DNA of 63,980 nt, filler included. It is 15 parts of 15 records of this genome, joined end to end, with 100 filler letters (N's around TTAATTAATTAA, not from the genome) between each part and the next. Parts side by side here need not be neighbours in the genome. Positions count along the whole stretch, not along the records: positions 46,161 to 49,192 come from SRR7504441_8590; positions 49,293 to 52,945 come from SRR7504441_8593; positions 53,046 to 56,214 come from SRR7504441_8597; positions 56,315 to 60,615 come from SRR7504441_8615; 11 more parts are not named here. One strand, written 5' to 3'. The position numbers and the translations under genes are program-made. Shown here piece after piece: positions 46,161 through 57,137 of this stretch. Each line of letters begins with the position of its first letter. Position 1 is the stretch's first letter. A model generated the notes under the pieces. That model was not told where the DNA came from and did not search any database. It worked only from the letters and a program-made list of their open reading frames with translations.

Positions 46161-47227
46161 AAATTGCTAAGGCTGTTGACCGGCGGATGCAGTATGATAC
46201 GTCGCTGGACCGGCTGCAGGCAATGATGGTGAGCAAGAACCTCTCATTTGGAACGCTCTACACCTACATGGATGTGGATCGGTCGGACACAATCACCCGG
46301 CAGGAGTTCACCGATGGGCTCAAGGCAGCCGGGGTCGACTGGCACTACACCGAGATCGAGGACCTTTTTGACGAGATTGACACCGATCACTCCGGCTGGA
46401 TCTCCACGCAAGAGCTCAAGGACCGACTAGCTGACTCAACAGAAGGAGTGGTGCAATCTCCGGCATCCTCGCCCAGGTCGCAGAAGGCCCAGTCACCTAC
46501 ATCCACATCGCAGCCAATCGAGCAGCGCAAGGAGCAGGCCAAACAGCGAGCCAGGCAGCTCGTGCAGCAGGCCAAGGCAAACAAGAACCAGGATCCTGTC
46601 GCAGCAGCAGTGATCCAGAGTCAGATCTCGCTCGGCATGCCAGAGCATGCAGTCAGTCCAGCCCAGCGGCAGCACCTGCGCGTGCTCTTTAGTTCGCTCG
46701 CTGAGCCCGGCTCTGGGACTGTGTCCTTGGCTGCTATGGGCCGATTCGACGGGGTGTCTGCCGAGCTGCAGCGGAGCCTGTTCCAAGGGATTGAAAGCCT
46801 CCCAGCCACAGACCAGGTGGAGCTGGGCCGGTTCATGGCCTTCTGGGAGGCTCAGGTTGGACTGAACGGCTGGGAGTCGATCCGGTCGCTGACCCATCAA
46901 ATGCTTGCGCACAAATGCGGCCAGCCGGCTAGTTGTGGAGAGGGTGCACTCACAGATGCGCTTCGGAAGGTCTGGGCTGCCAACGCATCGGAACTGGTTC
47001 TCTTGGTGGTCGGGGCGGGTACGAGCATCGGTGAAGCTGAGCTGATCGGCTGGGCCAAGCAGTACCCAAGCAGCATCCAGAGCCTGCTGCCCAACTCAGA
47101 ACTGCTGGATGAGTGGCAAGGCGGCTACTGCCGTCTGCTGGGGCTGCCCGCTGGCTGGACAATCCTTACAAGCCAGTTCATTAGCAAGGTTGTTGACACC
47201 ATGCAGGCAGCCTACTTATGCCAATGA
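46161..47227 (+). CDS. EF-hand protein, probably 5'-partial
   Basis: EF-hand pair DVDRSDTITRQE and DTDHSGWISTQE; the frame is open from the contig edge. Confidence 0.7.
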
Positions 47228-47612
47228 ACTAGCTTCAAACACGCGACCATGGTACATGGTGAACCCATAGTGAACAAGTACTTAGTAGAGTGCAGACCGC
47301 GTAGTACAGGTATGATCGGATACAGTAGATTCGTGTGAAGTCACCTAACTTGCATTCATGGATCCATCTACATGGATCCACTAGTTACACGTATCAGTTG
47401 TCTATTTTGTTCGAAACTCATTTTACATTACAGCTAGCGCTGTACGCCGGCTGTACGACGGGGCGGCGCGTGGAACTATAGGACATTGGATCTTGATCAC
47501 ATTGCACCGGAGATACGACGGATATACCGAAGACTACGTTAAGACTACGTAGAGATATCGATTACGCATGATCTCTTTTATTATTAACCTATTAAAATCT
47601 TGATGTTGAAAG

Positions 47613-48751
47613 CTATCGTAATGACATGTGGTCTGACTCCGTCTCCATGATGTTGTGAAGTTTTTCTTTGAGCGATGTGAGTTCCATTCGTGCTTGTTCG
47701 ACCTTCACTTGTACCAGACTCATATCGAGAGGCAGGCTTTGGCATCCTTGTAGCCTAGCATCCAATGCTTTGGCCTTCTCTTGCGTCTTTGAGATCGAAT
47801 TCCCGGCCTTTGAGCACAGGCAATCAAGCAACCTACAGCCATGGTGGGTTTCACCTCAACAAGCGCATGATGCTCCAGCTCAGGGGACCAATTACATTTC
47901 CGCAGCGTTGCCTGTCGGCAGAGTTAGTTGGAGCGCCAAACAGAAGGCTGGCCACCTCGTGCTGTGCAATGTTCCTGCGATATTCGCTGCATTTTGCATC
48001 AAAATATTGATCAAGGGATGCTTGCTTGGCATTGATTGCAGCCTCCGCATCAGCCTTGGCATTCTCGTGGTGCTCTAGGTTGCTGGAGAGCCGATGCGTT
48101 AGCCCGGGCAACTGGCCAGCGCACCAGTTGATCTGTTTGAGCTTCTTGCTGACCTGGGCGAGCTGAGCTTCAAGCTTCTCCTGACAGCGGCCTTCACACA
48201 CGCCAGATGCGTTCGTTCGCCTTTTGGAGCGTTTGGTGCAGGTTGGCGAGCTCGCGCCTGTCGAGCTCGTCTGCCTGGTCCTGGATCGCAAACAAGTACC
48301 TGCCGGCTGTGAGCCAGACCAGGCGCGAAAGCCGCGCACGCTCCGACATGGAGTTCGTTGAGATCCAGGATGTTGGCGACCTGGGCCAGGTGCGACAGGC
48401 TGGTCATCCCCGACTTGGACATGGACTTCGGACAGATCCCGAATTCCGCCAGCAGCGTCTGTATCCTGTCAGCTGGCACAGCGGTCACAGGGCGCTGCTG
48501 GGAGTTAGACTGCTCACTCTCGGCGCGGTACTCGGCCCGGGCGTCGGCTAGGCTGCCGATCAGGCTCTCGGCACAATCAGTGGCGGTCCGAGACTCCTGC
48601 ATCCTGGAGGACAGAATCGCCAGCGTCTGAGGGCTAACCTGCCCCGGTGTCAGTGGATTCGCCTGGGGTGCGTCGTCACCTCAAAGGACGGCTTCTCACC
48701 GAGAATGGACGCCAGCCACTCCATGACCGTCTCCACGCGCTGGAGATCCAT
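47613..48751 (-). CDS. HAUS1: HAUS augmin-like complex subunit 1
   Basis: EWLASILGEKPSFEV, AEYRAESE, EFGICPKSMSKSGMTSLSHLAQVANILDL and QSLPLDMSLVQVKVEQARMEL match the HAUS1 pattern. Confidence 0.75.
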
Positions 48752-49005
48752 GTGGCGCTCCTCCTCGGCAGCCCGCTGCAATCGAATTCGTGCAGGAGAG
48801 AAGTCCCGGCGCGAACGATTGCCAGTGCTGAACTCGATGCTGTAATGCTGCAGTGCGATTACAGTGCGATGCTGAAGAATCGAGCGCAAGTGCAGCCTGG
48901 ATAGGGCTTCAAACAATGATTGTCATTTAATCAGTAATTATTAATATTAATGCCATTTATCATGCCATCATCAGACCATGCACCAGACTCGGTTTAGTCA
49001 TGGGT

Positions 49006-49192
49006 TTAGTCGTCAGGTTCACCCTTGAGCTTAAGCTTGTTGACGCACATCCGGTTAGTGTTTCCACTTTGGGTCCCGGCACATACACCGACGCAGACCG
49101 AGCTAGGGATTTTGACGCCCTCAAACTTGATGTCGTCCAGCACTTTCGTGCCGCCGATCTCGACATCGCACTTGTTCTCCTCGATGTCAAAC
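49006..49192 (-). CDS. C-terminal fragment of a beta-rich protein (possibly ConA/L-type lectin-like)
   Basis: Open frame from the contig edge: FDIEENKCDVEIGGTKVLDDIKFEGVKIPSSVCVGVCAGTQSGNTNRMCVNKLKLKGEPDD*. Confidence 0.35.
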
Positions 49193-49578
49193 NNNNNNNN
49201 NNNNNNNNNNNNNNNNNNNNNNNNNNNNNNNNNNNNTTAATTAATTAANNNNNNNNNNNNNNNNNNNNNNNNNNNNNNNNNNNNNNNNNNNNATGCATTC
49301 CAGGAGACATGGACGTCTCGATAATGGAGGACTTTAGCTTGGCGATCGCAGCGGCACTCCAGAGATTGGAACCTGCTGACTACATCATCAAGTAACTATC
49401 GAGTGACGAAGTCATGCAAAAACTTGTAATGCAAAAGTCTAGATAAGAGAGTTTATTTAAAGTTGCACTGATCTGTGCCGAGATAATTATCTGAGCCTCG
49501 AATAAATCTCTTCTCGTCTTGAATAATCTCTACAATATGAATGTTCATGCACGTGCCGGGATGCTATTGCATGAAGGT

Positions 49579-52032
49579 CTACGTATTGTTCTCACTGCGC
49601 CCATGTATTTGCAGAAACAGTTCTCTCCGCGACATCGAATGGTGTCGCAGCCTCGCCTCGGACATAGGACCTGAGCCTTCAAACGTACTCTTGCCTCTCA
49701 GCGGTGGCGATGGACAAGGCGTCGATTGTTGACTGGAGCCAGATACCATTGAGGCATGAGGGGAGAAGCTAGATACCATAGACGAGTTTGCCAGTTGACC
49801 CGGGCCGAGTTGCGGAGCGAACAGAGGCGAATACCTTTGGTCGTCTGGGGCCTGAAGGTTGCCGGTGTCCAGAGGTGCCAGGTTGGGAGTGCTCTGCTCG
49901 GTTTCGGACTTGACACCGTGCGGGCGCAAGTAGCGGCAGACTCTGTTGACACAGTGGTGCAGGTCCAAGATCAGGAACTCGACCACGCCCATCCCGGCCA
50001 CACAGGCGATTTCGGTGATCCACATCCCAAAACTCGGGTGGTCGCGGTTCGGGCACTTGTAGACTCGATGGTCGTCGTGATTGAAGAACGAGCTGTTGGC
50101 CCAGGCTTGGAGCGTACACTTGATCCAGGTCTTGTACGCGTCGCCGTACTCGGTGTACTCGACCTTCAGATCCACCTGCCCTGGAGCTCAGCGGCCCAGC
50201 CGAGCAGCTCACGTGGTAGATGAACATCCAGAAGAAGAGCAGGAAGAACAGTATCACGAACATCGTGCCCTCCCGCATGTCCACTATCCGGCGGCAGAGC
50301 GTCGAGCATGAGCTGTGCCCCAAGCTCAGGCCTGCGGCTGGCTGACCACACCGCTCGGGGTCCTGGGTCCAAAGATAGCGCAGCACCAGCCCAAAGAAGA
50401 CGGCGCCGGTGGTGAATGCCAGCCCGAGCGGCAGGAAGAAGAAGGCAAACATCCACCACTGCTGGTTGTCCGGCTTGATCCAGCACCATATCGCCCCGAC
50501 CCCGCCGGCCCCGAGCTCCTCGCACAGGATTAGCACCGCAGTGACCACCGCCGGGAAGAAGTAGGCCACCACCTTGAAGTGCACCTCCCACTGCTGGGTG
50601 TCCAGCTGGATGTCGGCCACCACTGAGGTGGACGGGAGCAGCGCCGGCGAGGCCTCCTTGACCTGGTGCTTGTCGTGGTAGAGCACCACCGCCAGATACA
50701 CGTGCACGCAGATGGCAACCCACCAGACCACCACCGCCAGCGCAAAATAGTTGATCAGAATTGCCTGCACCATGCACATCGTATGGTTCTCGCGCTCGCA
50801 CCACTTTGGGACTTGGCCCAGTCCGTCGCCCACGAAGCTGTTTATCACAAACCCGACAGAGAGCATCAGCACTGAGAACGCAAAGTGCAGCTGGAGCCTT
50901 TCCGGGTACCTGCACGCCTCGCCGCTCGACAGCCGCTCGGCCAGGTGGATCAGGCAGCAGACGAGCGACATCCAAGCGAGCAGCTCGAGTGTCAGCTCGG
51001 CGGTCTGGTATTGCTCATCGGTGAACACAGGGTCCAGGCAGGACATCCCGCAGTACGGCGCCTCCGGGATCGGGTCAAACCCGTCCTGATCCGGCTGCCC
51101 GAGCGGCGGCGGGCAGCTCACCGAGCCTGCCAGCCCGACTCGCTACCGTCCGAGCCGGATACTATACTATACCATACTATAGCTGCTACCGTCCGAGCCG
51201 GATACTATATTATACTATACCATACTATAGCTGCTACCGTTGGAGCCGGATACGTTGATGCACAGCCCGGCCGAGTCGCTCGCACACACCGAGCCCTGCG
51301 CCCCCGTGTGAGCCTCCGGGCGGGCGGGGAGCGGCACGTTGGTCCCAGGCCCGAGCAACCGACTAATAATGGCGCTAGAGCTCTGAGAGATGATGGACAG
51401 CGCGCCGTTGCAGCTCGCGTTCAGGCTGGTGCACATGCTGGGACCCGCCACCGTAAGCAGCTGGCCGGCTGCGCACCCACCTCTGGCAAGGGTACAGCAG
51501 CAGATCTGTCTGTAGATCGCCCGAGCCGGGCCCGAGCTTGAAGCAAGTCGGAAACAGCACCCCGCACGCCGTGTCCACAACTTTCCGTCGGCAACCTAGC
51601 CCACCGTCGGCCTGCCGCCGGCCGCCGGACTCACTCGCGTCCTGCAGCGCCACCAGCGCGCGCATGGCGTACGCGAGATCTGTCTCAGCCTTGTGGTCCT
51701 GGCCGGAGTGTCAGCCGGCCCGAGCGACCGCGCACCCAGTTGGCCACCAGCGCACAACGGCCGTCCTGGCAGAGCGACTGACGGCATATCTGGCCATCGT
51801 ATGTCCGGCAGGCGGTGCAGTTGGATCCTCGGCCCGAAGAGTGGGTGCAGTTGTGCTTGTTGGCCGTTGGCGCAGCTGTCGGTCCGCCGGTCGTCGGAGT
51901 CCTAGTCGGTCTGCCGGTGGTGGGCGCGCCGGTGGTTGGTGTGTCGGTAGGACCGCCAGTGGTTGGAGCTACCGATCGGGCCAGTCCGGCCGCCTCGACC
52001 GCTAACAGCGCGAGCACTAGCCAGCGCGCCAT
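49579..52032 (-). CDS. Frizzled/Smoothened-type (class F) GPCR with cysteine-rich domain
   Basis: Signal peptide, PT-rich stalk, Fz-like CRD (CRRKVVDTACGVLFPTC..YPCQSMCTSLNASC), linker CPPPL..CGMSCLDPVFT, RYPER, 7 hydrophobic helices, WCWI, WIKC..C..HP. Confidence 0.8.
51142..51253. repeat. ~2.5 copies of a 43-48-bp tandem repeat covering an exon-intron junction
   Basis: GCTACCGTCCGAGCCGGATAC.. units start at 51142, 51185 and 51233. Confidence 0.85.
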
Positions 52033-52290
52033 AGCCGGCCCCCCACCGCGCGCGACGGTTTGGTGAGCCATCGCAGGCCAATCAAAGGCCGATGGCGCCG
52101 GCTGGAGGCTCGAGTGGACAGTCAGAGAGCCCCGGTCCGCCCGCAACCTGGCCCGCTGTTCGAGGAGGCCGCGAGCTCTGGCTCCTCCGCTCTGGCGGCC
52201 AAATGTCAGCAGTGACCTTGCGGCTTGCGCTGCGCTAAGAAGCGAGATCAACTCTGATTCACTGATTCTCAACGGCTGAAGGTGCTCCAA

Positions 52291-52945
52291 ATGTATGGTC
52301 CGGGAGCCTCCAGTCGGCGCGCACAACGGCGCGGGGAGTCGGACGGGCTTGCGATGCCCAGCGGAGCCTCCAGTCGGCGCGCACAGCGGCGGGGCGAGCC
52401 GGGGCTCACGATGCCCAGCGGGGGGACCAGTCGGCGTAAGCAGCGGCGGAGGGAGGCCACTGACGCCACCAAGCAGCGGCGGGGCGAGTCGGGGCTCACG
52501 ATGCCGACGATGGAGGAGGACGAGCTCGGGGTGCCCACGATGCAGCAGGAGGACCTCGAGGACAAGCTAGACCAAGGCGTCGAGATCGAGCTCTTGCCCC
52601 CGCCGGCCGAGGGCTGCGAGCTGCTCGAGCCGTTAAACGGGCTGCTGATCATACAGCAGCTCGAGCTGTTCGAGGCGGTGGCCGGGCCGGCGGGTCGGGC
52701 TGAGTCGGGGGCAGTGCTGCGGGTGCGAGGTGAGCAACCGGTACGTGCTGCACAGCGTGCCCGGGCTCCCGGACCCGATCCCGGACGATTGGCTCGAGCA
52801 GTACAAGCAGCGGATCGGGACCAGCATCCCGCTGCTCGCCGCCAAGGAGGACAGCGAGTGCTGCGAGCGGGTTTGCTGCCCGTTTTTTCGCTCGTTTGTG
52901 ATGCCATTCTGTGCGGCCCAGCCTGGCCGGGGATGAGGGGGGGGG
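52291..52945 (+). CDS. Phospholipid scramblase-family protein with N-terminal ~57-60-bp coding tandem repeats, 3'-partial
   Basis: GCELLEPLNGLLIIQQLELFEA, GCEVSNRY, AKEDSECCERVCCPFFRSF; repeats encode (MPS)GASSRRAQRRGExGLT. Confidence 0.75.
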
Positions 52946-53102
52946 NNNNNNNNNNNNNNNNNNNNNNNNNNNNNNNNNNNNNNNNNNNNTTAATTAATTA
53001 ANNNNNNNNNNNNNNNNNNNNNNNNNNNNNNNNNNNNNNNNNNNNTTTGAACCTTATGATCATGCCGTCATGCACAAGAATCCCGCGTTTACATTGGCTG
53101 GT

Positions 53103-54674
53103 CTAAGCCTTGAGCGCAGCTTGCAGCTCGCCACGGTTGGTCGGGAAGGTGAGCCCGTTCTTCTTACCGAGCTGTTCCAGCTCGTACTTGTCCAGGCACT
53201 TGTCCACCTCCGCCGTGGGCAGCTTGTACTGTCCACGCAGTCAGCCAGCCGGCAGCCACCGGTCCGGTGCCTTTTTCAAGTATTTTTTCATTCCCAGGTA
53301 AGGCAAATCCTTATATCGCTTGTTGGCTGCCTCGACCAGCTGGGCTTGAGACTTGACCGCGCCCTACCCCCACGCTCACGCTGGGCGCGGCCCCGTCGGC
53401 GCCTCGATCTCATCTAGCAGCGCGTAGGCCTCATCCACCAGCTTCCTGGTCTCTGGGTGGTCGCTAAATCGCTCGCAGACCTTGATCCGCGACCGAATCA
53501 GCTGCGGCTGCTTGCCCTGCCCGCCGCTGTCAGCACACACCAGTCGCGCAGCGTGCCATGAACGAGGCCCGAAGCTTCTCCTCCGCCTCCAGCCGGGCCA
53601 GGTCGTGCGCCATCGCAGCCGCCTGCGCCTCCCTCCGCGCTTCCTCCTCCAGTTCCGCCTCCAGCCGGGCGAGGCACTCGTGCGCTTGCTCTATCAACTC
53701 TGGAGACGCCATTGAATCCTCGGCGTAACCAATCGCTTTACGGAGGTTGGCAGGACTTCGGCCGGCCATGGCCTGTTTGAGCAATCGCTCGGCCTCGGCG
53801 GTTTGCTCGTCAGGCACGAAGTAGCTGACTTGATGCCCATCCTTGACGGCTTTACTCTGTGCACACTCAGCCGGTCAGCCACACACTCAGCTGAGGCTCA
53901 CGTCGAACTGGAGCTTCATCAAGCCGCCGTCAAGGCTGACTTGCTCGTTCTGGCCGCCGGCCCACTGGACCACCAACGTCTTGCCGTCCTCGTTCAGCTG
54001 TATCACGGTCCCGTCCACCCCGCGGAAGTGTTTCATCCCTCCCTTGTCCGTCTGCAGGCGCTGGATCTTTGGCCAGGCAAACTTCTCGCCATTGGGCCGG
54101 GCCTCCGGCAGGAACTCCGGCGCGGGCGCTCCGCCAGGCTGCCCGGGCAACAGTCAGTTGCCGCCCGGGGGGAGGGGCACCGCGTACTCCTCTATGGTGG
54201 TGCCATCCACGCAGTAGGACATCTTGGAGCCTGGCCAGCCTCAGCTCCGGCCCAGTGGGGGGGCACCGTCGGCGTTGGTCTGGGCCCACGAGTTGTCTGG
54301 GTTGGTCTGCTTCTGACTCCCGTCGGGGAAGGCTTCAACCGATATTCCGTTGGGCCAGCTCTGCTGCTGCCTGCCGTCCCGCCAGATAGTCTGGGTGCAG
54401 CCGTCCGGCATCTTGGCTGCCGCGCACTCAGCATCGCCCGGAGGGAGGACGGACTGAATTGCTGGCAGCCGTGCTCGGCCTCGTCGGGGTACATGTAGAT
54501 AGAGGTACCGTCGATCCCGATCTGGATCGTGGTCCCGTCCTGCCCCCGAGCTCGCCCCGCCGGGCCCGCCGCACCCACCGCGTACTCCTCCCAGGTGTGC
54601 TGCTTGTCGTCCGACTTGATCACGTGCAGCGCCGGCGGGGCCGGGGTATGCGGCGGTTCTGCTCCGTATCCCAT
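53103..54674 (-). CDS. Hypothetical protein with (P)DG beta-hairpin repeats (TCP10/CPAP G-box-like) and a helical C-terminus
   Basis: Spliced sequence contains repeated MPDGCTQT, WPNGISVE, FPDGSQKQTNPD, ADGSK, VDGTTIE, VDGTVIQ. Ends ...ELQAALKA*. Confidence 0.6.
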
Positions 54675-55242
54675 GGCTATGGCCTTTTGTCCGTTGGCCA
54701 GTTGGTCAGCCCTGTCGAGCGAGCTGTAAGCCTCAGCTCATACAGCGCCGTCACCGGTGAACAGTGAGCTCCGGATCGGCGATCGGGGGAACCGCTGGTT
54801 GGATGCGCTGCTAGCTCGAGCACCGCTTGTTTCTGCGCCTGCCCGCCCCGCACCCAAGCCGCCACCTCGCCCGGTCGCCTGAGGTGACTACTCCCTCCCC
54901 CTCCTCGCCCCAGTTGAATCCGGCCCGGCCGTAATAGAAAGTCCCGACAAGCCAGATCCCCCGGACCGGTCCGTGCGGGGCTGCTGGAGCTCTCGGGTCG
55001 GCCCGTCCGCCCTAATCTCCAACCCCCACGTCGCACGGCGCGATGTGTCGGAAGGAAAGGCCCCGGCCTGAATAAACCGCCCGGCCGGGGGGCGGCCTGA
55101 TCGGCCTGCTGCCGACCTCGGCCCGGCTTCGCCCGCCCCAGAGCCGCATCTGTCGGCCTAGAACCCCGGCGCAGCCTGTGCGCGCGGCTGGATCGCCCTT
55201 TCCGCACTAGCCCCCCGCTGACCGGCGGCTCGGCAGATAGCA

Positions 55243-56080
55243 ATGGACGCGGCGCCAACCCAAGCCGCGCCCGCGGGCAACGCCCCGGTCCAGTACGACG
55301 AGAAGCAGATTGTGCCGGTGGTGGCCACTGTGCTGACCCAGCTGGTCGCGCGGAACGACAAGATGTTGGAGCAGGTACGCGTCGACACCGACTGGCCCTC
55401 CCCCCCAGCCGCACCTGGCCTGCTTGCTAGACCCGGGCGCCGGGCGGGGATCCAGTCTAATCCGGCTTCAAACTGACCCTCGCCGTGCTGCAGACTCCTC
55501 AAGTGGCGTCCAACGTCACGGTCTTTCACGCAGTGAAGCCTCCGGCCATCACCATCCGCAAATACCTAGAGCGGTGCCTGCGGCCAGTCTCGCCAGTCTG
55601 ACTGGTGCTCGCCGCAGGGTAGAGCGCTACGCCGGCTGCAGCAGCCAGTGCTACATCGTCGCCCTTGTGTACGTTGACACTATCATTCAGCGCAAAAAGT
55701 CGTTCGTGATCTCGTCTCTGAACATTCATCGGCTACTCATCACCAGGTGGACCAGCCCTCTCGCGGCCAGTGCTCACTGGTCGGTCGATGTACAGCATCA
55801 TGCTGGCCGCCAAGTTCTATGACGACATTTACTACAATAACGCTTACTATGCCAAAATTGGTGGCGTCCCGTGCAACGAAATTAACAACCTCGAGTTGGA
55901 GTTCCTGTTCATGATCAACTTCACGCTGAATGTGCCTCTGGATGTGTTCGAGCGATACAAGGCCGAGCTGGCCGTGCACGCCAACCAGCTTGGAGGCTCC
56001 AACCAGACTCAGGTGGATAGCTCCTAATGCCCCCCCATGCTTGTCGCTGATGCGTCGGGCTGCAGGCTGAAGGCGCTTGA
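55243..56080 (+). CDS. PHO80-like (P/U-type) cyclin
   Basis: [67 protein letters not shown]. The last exon is uncertain (stop near 56026, or 56080 if a final intron is spliced). Confidence 0.92.
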
Positions 56081-56314
56081 TCGTAGTTTTTGCGTTCGGT
56101 GGCTCGATGAGCTTAGCGATCACTTAGGGGGTGCGGCTATAGAACCTGCTGGATTCGTGCACACAATGCTTCGAAACAGGTATTTCGCGAATTCATCAAC
56201 AATATTATAATTTTNNNNNNNNNNNNNNNNNNNNNNNNNNNNNNNNNNNNNNNNNNNNTTAATTAATTAANNNNNNNNNNNNNNNNNNNNNNNNNNNNNN
56301 NNNNNNNNNNNNNN

Positions 56315-56869
56315 GTGACGGGCTGACGGCCCTCACTCATACCACAGCTCTAGATGCTTGCTTGCCGATCGTGCTTTCTCAGTTTATAAGTTTGAATGCA
56401 GGCATCTCAGATTGCCGACGCTTTGCAGGCCAGCAATGCACAAAAGGCTCAGGTTGATTGTGAGGCAGCAGCCAAGCCAGCAGAGGCAGCTGTGTGCACT
56501 CCACAGAGCCGCCTGCAGCCACCCTCTCCGCCACCAAAAAGTCCACAGGTTCAGTCACCCGCTGACCGCCAGCCCAAATCTCGCGGCTCTCTAGCAGTGT
56601 CCACTAAGAGGGACCCCTCCTCTTCACGCCCACCTGTAGTGAATACCAAGCTCAGGAGCCCGTGCCCAAGCCCGCCCTCAGCAAAGAACCGGCCAATGAG
56701 CAGTAAGACCCGGGCCGACTCCCCGTCGCCTTCAAATATACCCAAGGTTCAGCGGAGGGCGCCAATCCCTCGGACAATCCCAAAGCAGCAGACCGTGTTC
56801 TTAGGAACCGGTGCAGCCATGCCAAAATCCCCTCAAATCCATCGGCGGCTAGGCAAAGGATGGAGATAG
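56315..56869 (+). CDS. Pro/Ser-rich C-terminal fragment of an unknown protein
   Basis: Low-complexity ORF ending at TAG 56869, followed by an AT-rich tract. Confidence 0.4.
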
Positions 56870-57137
56870 GAATAGACCAATAGTACATGTAATTAATTAA
56901 TCACGTTGAGTCGTGAACACTAATCGATAATTGAAGTCACATTGAAGGAGGCGATCCGCTCCGCTACGGGCGATCCCACGGAAATTGTAAAACGTCTTAA
57001 ACCCCTATTAAACCCCATCAGTGTACACAATCATCAAGGCAATCCATGCATGGTGGAAAAAGTAATCTGTATAATTATTGAACGCCAAGCAGCTCCCTTC
57101 GTGAATCATCTAAACAAATGCGATGCACGCGGGCTGA

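Noticed and set aside
52302-52510. CRISPR or mobile-element repeat
   Set aside because: The units preserve the reading frame and encode peptide repeats in the scramblase N-terminus.
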